Below, one piece after another: positions 13,665-22,706 of a DNA stretch of 42,615 nt (positions are counted from its first letter, which is position 1; every line of letters begins with the position of its first letter). The notes beneath the pieces are model-generated. The model saw nothing but the letters and a program-made list of their open reading frames with translations. It searched no databases and was not told the origin of the DNA. Made by a program: the position numbers and the translations under genes. The stretch comes from a virus. Taxonomy: Duplodnaviria > Caudoviricetes. The stretch spans positions 1-42,615 of IMG/VR virus record IMGVR_UViG_3300029142_000008. One strand, given 5' to 3'.

Positions 13665-16514
13665 TTAGAAGTATTGTTTGCGGATTTCCGCGAATGTTGA
13701 TTCATTATTTATGTATTTCGCCATCGCTGTTTGCGCCTCTTTTTCTGTGATCTTCGCCACCCACTTTTGACCAGTAAGGAGCATGCTGAGCTTGTCCTTC
13801 TCAGTATAGGCGTCCTCAATAGCCTCTTTCACTTCTTCAGCAGTGATGGTCTGATTTACCTTAAAATTAAGCTCGAGCTCTTCAACCTCCTCTCGTGTCA
13901 TAGCCGTGTCCTTCACTGCATCAATCAAAAGAACATCAACAGCCGTGTAGAAATCGTGAAGCTCTTTCGTGATGACCTGCTTGTTTGCATCGCTGTTGTC
14001 TCCACCAGCCTTCACCGGAACAATGTGATCAATCTCATATTTTTCGCGATTCTCATCTGTCCACTCAATGCCTGCTTCAGCGAACAGCCGCTTTCTATCT
14101 TCAATCAGTTGCGCCGTGTCTTGCGGGTATTCAAGCCCGTAGTCACGCTGGAGCTCAACAAGATTCCCCTGCACCTTCCCCAGCCTCTCAGGCCCAACAA
14201 GCGCCTTCCACGCGTTCTCAGGATCTTTTATGAAGGCCATCGTGTAATCTGAGACGAGTCCAAACACACCCCTCTGATCAACATATTTATCTGTTGGCAA
14301 AGCTTGGACATTTTGTTTTTGCCACTCCTTCACACTTCCTGCAGCCTTGATCTCATCAACCTGGCTTTTCACAGTCCACCCGCTACCAGTCTTCTTTCCG
14401 TCCTTGGTTTTGCCCATATCCAGCAAGCCTTTATCTATCAAGCTTTGGATGTATGCGTTTTTCTCCTCAGCAGTCTCCATCCCCTCTGTCTGATTGTATA
14501 TGTACATCGCACGCTCACCATTTGATACACCAAGATTCTTCAGCGCCTTTTCTGCGGGGCTAACCTCTAAACGGTACGCTGCCTCTGCTTCCTGGATCTC
14601 CTTGTACAAGTCTGGGTCTGTCTCTTTGAGCTTCTTTTGCTGTTCAATAAATGCTTCGCGCTCTTCTCCATCAAGCTCAAGAGCCTGGTTGAATATCTCT
14701 TCTCCCTTTGTTTTCTTTGGCCCATATGTGTTGGTACCAAATCCAAGTCCGTCTGCAATCACTGCCAAAAGGAACGGTGCAGACTCTGGGTCTTTTAGAA
14801 CTTCATATGCGCTTTGAACCGGGATTGGAATGGCCGCCTGGATGATCGCATCAATTCTGCCTATAGGCTCTCCAGCCCAGTCTTCACCCTCCCAAAGTTG
14901 CTTCAGCAGGGAGGCCCCTGGAGAGAATTTGTTTTCAACAAAGTCCCACAAAATATCCATTTTGTCTGATCCAAACTGATCACCAACTTTTTTAATCATT
15001 CCTGTGCTTGTTGATTTGGTTCTACCCCCGGACAAAACCCTGGCCAAGAGTGTCACATAGCTTGCCATACCACCCGTAATGTCTATACGAGTGTTTCCAA
15101 TTTTGATTTTTCCGAAATCTGAGCTGAGGGGGTTCCATTCAACAGCATCTGGCCACAAAGCCTCTGTAATTCCCATCACAGTTCCAACATGCGCAACGGT
15201 GTAGAAAAGATTTTTAGCCGCTTCACGCTTCGCAAACTTTGAAACACCAGCCCCTGTTATTTGATGTGCTGTCAAAAAGTCTAAATTGGATTTTGCATTC
15301 TTCACCGAGAACAAAGCTACGTTGAGCATTTTTTGGTACTTCTCTCCGGCAGGGATGGCCCCTCTTCCGGTGAGAGAATTTGTAAGTTGGTTCAGAGAGC
15401 CAACTTCAAATTTGTCACTCAAGTCTATTCCGGCCTTTTCGGCATTTTTGTATAGGGTGTCTGCAACATCTGCACGCAGCCTCATTGCTCCAGCTTCATA
15501 TGCAACTTCGGAGGCCTTAAACACTCGCCCTAAAAGGGGGATTTTTTCTGGTGCAGAGGTTGGGAACTCTTCTTCTTTGATCCCAACAGCAAGCTTGGTG
15601 CCCATTTCATATCGACCACTTAAGTAGCCAGGCCTGGAATAAATCTCGGCCTTCACCAGGCGGAGTATGTTGTTTCCCTTCTCAATGTATTTTCCCGGCT
15701 TTGCTACAGCGATTTTTGCAGCATCTGCAAAGGATTTTGCGAAGTTTTTGGCCCAATCCTTTTGATATTTTGGGTTGGTCATTGCCTTGAACCCCTGTCT
15801 CCCCCAAAAGCTATTGTCCCAGGAGGCCTGAATTGCCCGATAAAATTCCGCAGTTGTTTTTGCGGTGAGACCAAGGTCTTCTTTTACGGCGTCAACAAAA
15901 TCCTGCACATCGTCTGCCTTTAGCGGATTCACCAATTCACGCTTTGTCGCCCCTTCCTTTAATCCACCAACATATTCATCCAACAGAACCTTATTCATTC
16001 CATACTCTATTCCAAGAGTAAGCTGATCCTCAGGATTTTTATATGTTCCATCTTCATTTAAGTTCAATTTCGCTCTTGCGTCAGAGACAGCCTTTCCGAG
16101 CTCGGTGATCCGCTGAGCTTCTTCCAGAGTCACATCTGTACGATACTTTTTGGAGTAAATTTCACTCGTGAGTTCATTCAAAAAAGCCTCGTCCTCTTCA
16201 GGACTAAATTTTCGTCTGCGCTTTTCGGCATATGTAGCTTTGATTTTTGCAGCAGTCGCCTCCTTTTCGGCCTTAGAGAGCCCTGTGATTTCACGGGCCC
16301 AATTCACCATCGCCAGCTCCTGGTTTTTCAGCAATAACTTTCGTTCAAAAGCGAGATTCACCTCTTTTGCGTTTTCCTTGCCCATAATTCCCGCAAAAAA
16401 ATCTCTCCTCTGGGCGGAAGTCATTTTCACAAGCTTATCTGGGTCAAGAGTGCCATTTACGATAGCACTCTTGACCTTCGCTGCGATTTGTTTTGGTAAA
16501 CAGAATGTTGCCAT
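13665..16514 (-). CDS. large internal virion/ejection protein with C-terminal HNH motif
   Basis: 949 aa, last of three large helical proteins after the tail genes; YEIDHIVPVKAGGDNSDANKQVITKELH. Confidence 0.7.
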   Translation of the reverse strand: MATFCLPKQIAAKVKSAIVNGTLDPDKLVKMTSAQRRDFFAGIMGKENAKEVNLAFERKLLLKNQELAMVNWAREITGLSKAEKEATAAKIKATYAEKRRRKFSPEEDEAFLNELTSEIYSKKYRTDVTLEEAQRITELGKAVSDARAKLNLNEDGTYKNPEDQLTLGIEYGMNKVLLDEYVGGLKEGATKRELVNPLKADDVQDFVDAVKEDLGLTAKTTAEFYRAIQASWDNSFWGRQGFKAMTNPKYQKDWAKNFAKSFADAAKIAVAKPGKYIEKGNNILRLVKAEIYSRPGYLSGRYEMGTKLAVGIKEEEFPTSAPEKIPLLGRVFKASEVAYEAGAMRLRADVADTLYKNAEKAGIDLSDKFEVGSLNQLTNSLTGRGAIPAGEKYQKMLNVALFSVKNAKSNLDFLTAHQITGAGVSKFAKREAAKNLFYTVAHVGTVMGITEALWPDAVEWNPLSSDFGKIKIGNTRIDITGGMASYVTLLARVLSGGRTKSTSTGMIKKVGDQFGSDKMDILWDFVENKFSPGASLLKQLWEGEDWAGEPIGRIDAIIQAAIPIPVQSAYEVLKDPESAPFLLAVIADGLGFGTNTYGPKKTKGEEIFNQALELDGEEREAFIEQQKKLKETDPDLYKEIQEAEAAYRLEVSPAEKALKNLGVSNGERAMYIYNQTEGMETAEEKNAYIQSLIDKGLLDMGKTKDGKKTGSGWTVKSQVDEIKAAGSVKEWQKQNVQALPTDKYVDQRGVFGLVSDYTMAFIKDPENAWKALVGPERLGKVQGNLVELQRDYGLEYPQDTAQLIEDRKRLFAEAGIEWTDENREKYEIDHIVPVKAGGDNSDANKQVITKELHDFYTAVDVLLIDAVKDTAMTREEVEELELNFKVNQTITAEEVKEAIEDAYTEKDKLSMLLTGQKWVAKITEKEAQTAMAKYINNESTFAEIRKQYF

Positions 16515-16630
16515 TAGCCTTCGATGCTTTTAAGTATCCCACCAACAATCATACAGATAATCAAAATTATAATCACTCCGCACCCCACATCTACCGGATC
16601 AGTGTTTGGCTCATTTGGATAGTGTTTCAT
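16514..16630 (-). CDS. 38-aa single-pass membrane protein (not in ORF track)
   Basis: Manual translation MKHYPNEPNTDPVDVGCGVIIILIICMIVGGILKSIEG; TAATG overlap with the next gene. Confidence 0.65.
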   Translation of the reverse strand: MKHYPNEPNTDPVDVGCGVIIILIICMIVGGILKSIEG

Positions 16631-16633
16631 AAT

Positions 16634-18829
16634 CTAACAGGTTAATTCATCAATAAGAGCAGTCCATGTTTTGGGTTTCACAATTTTAGGTTTTGAAATT
16701 CGCTTTTTGATTTGAGACTTCATCTTAGACTTCACCTTTTCAGGGGACCTTCCCTTTGTCTTCTTCTTCACAGCTTCTTCACGAGCCTTCACAACCTCCC
16801 TCATTTTTGTGACAGGGGAGTTTGGCTCGCGTTCTCTCAGAATCCGCAGTGTTTGCCCGGATTCTTTGATGGCTTCATCGTGAAGAGCAGACTTTGTTGC
16901 CAGGTCTCGGAGCGTTTTCACGTCTCCTTCCTGTAGAGCTTTTTCCTCAAGTTGTTTAAGGAAGCTCACAGCGTTCAGGCCTTCAGGAGCTGTCTTTTTG
17001 CCCATGGCAATATCAACTGCACCCTGGTAGTCCTTGCTTATGAATGAATCAACAGCAGCAAATTCATCTTTAAGATTTTTAACGGACTGCTGTTTTAGAT
17101 CAAAGCCTTTGGTTAACCCTTTCTCGACCGCAAGGGCCTCCATCTTTCTAGCGGTTTCACCTACTTTCGTTTTCCCATTTGTATCAAAGAGCTGCATTTG
17201 CTGTTGTACCGGACTAGCACCTTTCTTGTCAACATCTTGTACTTTCTCAATCTTTGCTGGGTAGTCGATACCGGGCCTTCCACCAGGCTTGTTCAGCCCT
17301 TTGAGGTAGGCATATCTTGTGTGTTCAAAAGCATCGAACAATCTTTGCCCTCCAAATTCAAAATCCTTCAATGAGTGTATGTGCCCAGAGTCACGGACGT
17401 TGGCCTCCATCTTTCTCACAACGCCCTTTAAAGCAACCGTATCAAACGTTTTTCCCGCAATTGAAAGCCCTCCGGCCATACCGGCACCCATCATAAGCCC
17501 AGCCACAAAATCACTGAATGTGTATTCTTGGCCAGTACCCTTTCGAATAAGGGCCTCTGTGATTTCTTCAAAAGTGTTGAAGGCGGTCAGCTCTGCGAGC
17601 ACAGGGGCGTTTTTTGAAGCCCAGGTAATTCCTTGAGCTAGCTTTTGAGCCCCCTTAAACAGCCTTGGGACGTCCTTCGCTCTTGCAACTGCAAATACAC
17701 CCTTTTTCAATGCACTCGAGATTCCGGCGTAAGGGGCCACGGACCCGGTGAATCTAGCCACAAGATCCGTAGCCATGGCCACCTGCCTAGCCTCATCATT
17801 TATGTACTCACCCGCAACCTCAAACCCTCTGTAGTAAATCTTGTCTCCCTTCACATAAACGTCTTGGCCAATATTTGCGATGTCTTCAAAGTTGATGATG
17901 TCAAGAGTCATAGCAGTGAGCGTTGTTTTTGGGTCACCACCACCAAGTAAGGCTTGATTGATTTCCATTTCCTTCACTTTGTCCTCACCATAAAGACTCA
18001 CGATGTCTTGATCCACGGACTTGATCGCAAGCCCCATATAGGCGGACGCAGATTTCGTTTGGTAATACTCTTTCTCGGCCGCCGCATACCATTCAGGAAA
18101 GTTTGTTGCCAAATCCGCAAGGGAGAGCTTCTTGAGGGTACCCTTGGACGTTGCCGGCCCCTTAATTTCATCGGTCAGCTTCTCCTTCATCCACTCTTCC
18201 TTAAATTCATTTTCTTTTATCAAAGATTCCTCGGCAACAGTCTCAAGAGACGGAACGAGTTTATCTCGGTCTTTCTCCCAAAGCTGATCCCATTTCCCAT
18301 AAGCATCTGCGGCAATTTTTTCAAAAAAGGGCGTGCCGGCCACTTCATCAAAAGTGAGATTCGGGTTCTGGTAGATTGTACGAATCTTGGTTTCCTCCAT
18401 GATCCACTCTTTTCTGATTTCATCAATTTCTTGTTGAGCCTTTCCTGATCGAACAAACTCCATGGCCTCTTCCTTGCCAATTTTAGAGCTGCCTCCACTG
18501 AACAAGCTTTTTGACCCAGGGGACTGGAAAGCCGTCTCACCATACTTTCCCCACTGCTTAGTCGTGTCTATTTTGGGAATTTCTGTTTTTCCCTTAAAGA
18601 TAATGCTCACCTGCTCATCGCTCTTTTTATTCGCAATTGACTCAACCTCTTTGAAAGTTGGAGCAAAAGTCTGCTTGCCCACCAAACGCAGCTGAGAAGT
18701 AAGTTCCTTCACCCCGGCAGCATATGGGTTGGTTTTAGCACTTTCTTCCAAATCTTTCTGAAGATGGACTCCCGCCCCCTTCAGCTTTGTAGAAAGATTG
18801 CTGAGTAGGTTGTTGAATAGGTTTGGCAT
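16634..18829 (-). CDS. large virion/ejection protein
   Basis: 731 aa; position; Gly/Ala-rich hydrophobic stretch FVAGLMMGAGMAGGLSIAG. Confidence 0.6.
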   Translation of the reverse strand: MPNLFNNLLSNLSTKLKGAGVHLQKDLEESAKTNPYAAGVKELTSQLRLVGKQTFAPTFKEVESIANKKSDEQVSIIFKGKTEIPKIDTTKQWGKYGETAFQSPGSKSLFSGGSSKIGKEEAMEFVRSGKAQQEIDEIRKEWIMEETKIRTIYQNPNLTFDEVAGTPFFEKIAADAYGKWDQLWEKDRDKLVPSLETVAEESLIKENEFKEEWMKEKLTDEIKGPATSKGTLKKLSLADLATNFPEWYAAAEKEYYQTKSASAYMGLAIKSVDQDIVSLYGEDKVKEMEINQALLGGGDPKTTLTAMTLDIINFEDIANIGQDVYVKGDKIYYRGFEVAGEYINDEARQVAMATDLVARFTGSVAPYAGISSALKKGVFAVARAKDVPRLFKGAQKLAQGITWASKNAPVLAELTAFNTFEEITEALIRKGTGQEYTFSDFVAGLMMGAGMAGGLSIAGKTFDTVALKGVVRKMEANVRDSGHIHSLKDFEFGGQRLFDAFEHTRYAYLKGLNKPGGRPGIDYPAKIEKVQDVDKKGASPVQQQMQLFDTNGKTKVGETARKMEALAVEKGLTKGFDLKQQSVKNLKDEFAAVDSFISKDYQGAVDIAMGKKTAPEGLNAVSFLKQLEEKALQEGDVKTLRDLATKSALHDEAIKESGQTLRILREREPNSPVTKMREVVKAREEAVKKKTKGRSPEKVKSKMKSQIKKRISKPKIVKPKTWTALIDELTC

Positions 18830-18840
18830 TCATTTGATGA

Positions 18841-21021
18841 TTAGAACCATAGATCATTGCCTGTGGTTTCGTCTTTCTCTTCCTCTGCATCTTCTTCCGA
18901 TGAATCTGAAGCTGCTGCGTCCTCGGTTTTTGTGCCCTCGGATGAAGAAGCCTCTTCACCAACTCCAACATCCAGGAATCCAGTCATTTGAGCAATTGGA
19001 ATGTCATGAGTCATCACGACCTCAGGATTTGATGTGCTCTTCCAGTTGGAATCCTTCACCGTTGCCATGTCATCTTTTCCGTCACCATCTGAATCGTAAG
19101 TTGACTTGATGAATCCAATGTGGCCGTTCTCGCTCCCCTGAATAGGCATCACAAACACCATGCCTGCAGCAGGAGTCGTGATAGAGCTGTCCATCTTATC
19201 TAGTTTAGATTGGTAGCTGTCCCCAACACCTATTCCAGTGTACTGATTCACAAAGTGCCCACACTGGCCGCCCCATGATCCATCAGGCACGCTGAGTGCA
19301 TCATCTGGGGTTCCAGAGTCTCCACCGTATTGACCTTGAACCCGAACCTCACCGGTCGCTTCATTCAGCAAGATTATGTTCCCGTCCTCATCAGTTCCGG
19401 CCTTTGTCCAAACGCTTTGTGGGTTTTCTTCCTCAAGAGCTCCAAGCTTCAAGGTTTCCACTTTCCCCGTATCGAAGTTGTAGCGAACGGCCGTAACCTC
19501 ACCGGTCACGCTGTTCACATACTCTCTCACGATCTCTCCAGCTTTGGCTTCGTTTGTCTTCACTGCCTCCATCATGGCTGCTGCAGCCCCCTCGGGCAGA
19601 TCGGCGGCTTTTTCAAGCTCTGTCATCTTTGCCAAAACATCTGGCGGCAACTGATCGTATTCGTCATTGATGTAGGTGGTCATGAGAAGATCAAGGTCCT
19701 CACGGGCGGTGTTGATCTCAAGACGGTTCTTTTCGTATTCAAACGCCTCCGCTGCTCGCGCCTCCTCCGCTGCAATAATTTGATTGTTGAATTCTTGCTG
19801 CTTGAGATCATCGGCACGGTTGATGAGCTGCAAACTTAAATTCATCCGGCTCTCTGCAACTGCAGCACTGATTCCGGCAACCTTTTCATTGTAATCGGCA
19901 ACTGCCTCTGCAATGGCCTGGGATTTCTCTGCACCGGCCATGTTTTTATCGGCAGTGACCTCTTGGACATATCCAGCTAGCTGCGCATAAACCTCCGCAG
20001 TTTGCTCCGCCTTCCATTGTTCAATTTTACGAACATCAAGCTCATAGGCCTTGTTTAGGTTCACCACTTCATTTTGAAGCTCTGTGTCCTTGTTTATCGC
20101 CTCTGTGCTGATACTCATGAGCTCCCTTTCCCCACGGATGATCGTCTCTTCAAGGTTCTTGTTTGCTGCAACGCTACCAAAACCACCATAAATGAGCCCG
20201 ATTGAAGTTTCCTCACGGACCTTTCTTTGCGTGTTGAGCAACTGCTGCTCTTGCTTCATTTCTTCGTATGCTTCAGCCACACGCTTCTTTTGTAGCTCAA
20301 TGGCTGCAAGGTTCGCATCGTAAGCATTTTTTGCTTCTTGCTTCTGAATTTCAGTGGCAGAGGCGATCAAGGCAGCCTGCTTGGCCGCCAACTCTTCTTG
20401 CAGGGCCTGTGCATCCTCCAGGTTTTTGATCTCTAGATTGTATCTCTCTTCTGCCGCAGCAGTTAAAACATCTTGAGATTCTTGGTAAGTGTCCTTTAGA
20501 TCGGACATTGTTTTCTCATACTCACTTTGAGCCTCATCAAATCCAGCCGTTTCCGACTCTGCAGTTGAAGTTGGACTTGTCTCTGCAGCGGAGTCTTTAC
20601 CATCTACCGTTTGCTCTCCAGAAGCAGCATTCGTGGCGTCATCCACCGCCCCCTGTGGGTTTATGTTTCGCTGTAGCCATCTTTTCGCACCCCCAATGTC
20701 CAAATACCCATCTCTCATGGCCTGCAATCCCTCCTGAATGGAATTTTCATCCATTCCAGAAGCACGGGCCTCTGAAAGAAGCTGGTCAATTGTTTTTCCA
20801 AATGGAGTTGCCAAGTCTTGAGCAGAAGGTGTTGCGGGTTGCGTTGCCTTTGGCTCTGTTGTTTCTGCACGCTGTGGAGTCGTCTGGGGAGTTGTTTCAG
20901 AACCACTCTTGATTTCCTCAGCCGTTTCAGTTGCTGTTGTTTCTTTTGCAATTGACTTTGGTGTTCCAGCGTCTGCAATTCCAGTGGTCGCTCCGGTCTG
21001 ATTTGGTGTAGATTCAGGCAT
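18841..21021 (-). CDS. coiled-coil ejection protein with C-terminal CHAP (Cys/His amidase) domain
   Basis: Long heptad region; GQCGHFVN...PAAGMVFVM...NGHIGFI...VKDSNW. Confidence 0.75.
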   Translation of the reverse strand: MPESTPNQTGATTGIADAGTPKSIAKETTATETAEEIKSGSETTPQTTPQRAETTEPKATQPATPSAQDLATPFGKTIDQLLSEARASGMDENSIQEGLQAMRDGYLDIGGAKRWLQRNINPQGAVDDATNAASGEQTVDGKDSAAETSPTSTAESETAGFDEAQSEYEKTMSDLKDTYQESQDVLTAAAEERYNLEIKNLEDAQALQEELAAKQAALIASATEIQKQEAKNAYDANLAAIELQKKRVAEAYEEMKQEQQLLNTQRKVREETSIGLIYGGFGSVAANKNLEETIIRGERELMSISTEAINKDTELQNEVVNLNKAYELDVRKIEQWKAEQTAEVYAQLAGYVQEVTADKNMAGAEKSQAIAEAVADYNEKVAGISAAVAESRMNLSLQLINRADDLKQQEFNNQIIAAEEARAAEAFEYEKNRLEINTAREDLDLLMTTYINDEYDQLPPDVLAKMTELEKAADLPEGAAAAMMEAVKTNEAKAGEIVREYVNSVTGEVTAVRYNFDTGKVETLKLGALEEENPQSVWTKAGTDEDGNIILLNEATGEVRVQGQYGGDSGTPDDALSVPDGSWGGQCGHFVNQYTGIGVGDSYQSKLDKMDSSITTPAAGMVFVMPIQGSENGHIGFIKSTYDSDGDGKDDMATVKDSNWKSTSNPEVVMTHDIPIAQMTGFLDVGVGEEASSSEGTKTEDAAASDSSEEDAEEEKDETTGNDLWF

Positions 21022-21045
21022 TTGTAGGATTTTCAGTTTGTAATT

Positions 21046-22689
21046 TTAGGCCCAAGCTTCCCAAAGGATTTTGGTGTCTCGGTTTGAAGCACTAACACCT
21101 GATCCGTAGGTGTCACACTCAATGATGACGTTTGTTGAATTAAAGGTGGTCACCGTTGCGGTCCACTGCCCATTTGCCGTACTTTCTGCATCTGAAATGA
21201 TCATCTTACTTGTGGACGTCAAGGCTCCATTTCCAGGAGACCCACCGCTTTGATCATCAAGCTCATAAAGAAGCGCATAGCTTGACCCATCATAAACTCC
21301 AACCCCAGAAACCTTATCTGGTTGGTTTGCGTTCATGTATGAAATCTTGAAGAAGTTTGGCGTTGTCCCCAGTCCATGTGCAATGGTCACATCGTCACCC
21401 GTTGTGGTTGGTGCAAAGCTAGTGACACCAAATGTGTGTTGCACGCGATCCACCCATTCCATTCCTGTGGCCTCACTACTGTTTGCAGCAAGAACTTGCC
21501 CATTAGACCCAACGCTTCTTCTAGAGGTCACCCCAGAGGCTGTCGCAGCATACAAATCACCTTTTGTTGTGAGCGTATCTTTGAGCTGAACATTGCTGGT
21601 CAACAAATCATCATTAATATCCCCAGTCGTGGCATCCAATTTAACAATTTTCCCGGCATCAGCAGTTTCATCAACTACGGCATTGGTCACCGTTCCGTTT
21701 CCTGAGTCTGCATCCATGGTTGGAGGTCCAGCGGCAACACCAGAAATGTCCGTTCCAGATCCTCCAGAAACAGCAGAAAGCACAGTGATTGCACTGGCGG
21801 ATGTTGTGTTCCCAGATGTGATCACAAAGGCAGACCCATTCCAAACCACTGTCTCACTTCCACTTGTAACAGCACGCACTCTTGCCTGAATGGCCGCTGC
21901 CACGTCGACCATGCTGGTCACGCTACCGAAATTTATTGCAGTAATGTCGTGTGCAACACCATCAATGGTGATAGCAAACTCACCATCAGTTGTTCCTACC
22001 CATAAGGTGTAGTTAGAAGTCCCCGCACCACCCCCGGTCAGATAGGCTGGAGTGTAAATGTCATGACTGTCCACAGAATTGCTCGCAAGCCCGCTTGAAA
22101 CGGAATCATCTACATATTTTTTGTTGGCCAGTTTTTTGTCCGAGGTTGGCGCAGCATTTGTTGCTGTTTCAGCCCCGTCATCGGCAAAGACAGCTGTGGC
22201 ACCACTGAAATCCTGAGCTCCGGTCCATGTGTTTCCACCAGCAAGATTTGCTTTCAACGCATCTGCAGCATCCACATAGGTTTTTGTAGTGAGGTCAGTT
22301 CCTCCGGATGGTGTTTGTGTGGACGTTGGAAGACTCACATTGAAGTTCCACGCTCCAGTGATCGCTTCGTCAGAGCTTTTTGAAGCTTTGTCATTGACGA
22401 TGTAATGCAGCAAGGTCCCTTCGAACTGAGCTCCATCTGCATGAGGAAGCTTGTTTCCGGCGACCTCTGTATTTGTCAGGGCTGTTTTGGAAAGCCCCCT
22501 CAAAACACTTGTCAATTGAAGTCCGGAAAGCCCACCCCAATAAACGTCCTCCTCATTGGCCGTCCCACGCTCGAGTGTTCCATAGCCGGTTGTGAATGCA
22601 GGGGCAGCATCAAGAGTGAGACTGGTTGCAATATCTGTAATCCCCCCATTTAAGGTGGTGTCGAATCTTGTTTGCGTGTTTACCCCCAT
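21046..22689 (-). CDS. tail fibre / receptor-binding structural protein
   Basis: G/T/S-rich; fibre-type repeats TTKTYVD and ANKKYVD; LTTKGDL...GSNGQVL; TIAHGLGTTP. Confidence 0.72.
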   Translation of the reverse strand: MGVNTQTRFDTTLNGGITDIATSLTLDAAPAFTTGYGTLERGTANEEDVYWGGLSGLQLTSVLRGLSKTALTNTEVAGNKLPHADGAQFEGTLLHYIVNDKASKSSDEAITGAWNFNVSLPTSTQTPSGGTDLTTKTYVDAADALKANLAGGNTWTGAQDFSGATAVFADDGAETATNAAPTSDKKLANKKYVDDSVSSGLASNSVDSHDIYTPAYLTGGGAGTSNYTLWVGTTDGEFAITIDGVAHDITAINFGSVTSMVDVAAAIQARVRAVTSGSETVVWNGSAFVITSGNTTSASAITVLSAVSGGSGTDISGVAAGPPTMDADSGNGTVTNAVVDETADAGKIVKLDATTGDINDDLLTSNVQLKDTLTTKGDLYAATASGVTSRRSVGSNGQVLAANSSEATGMEWVDRVQHTFGVTSFAPTTTGDDVTIAHGLGTTPNFFKISYMNANQPDKVSGVGVYDGSSYALLYELDDQSGGSPGNGALTSTSKMIISDAESTANGQWTATVTTFNSTNVIIECDTYGSGVSASNRDTKILWEAWA

Positions 22690-22706
22690 GATTTTCCAGT
22701 TAGAGA

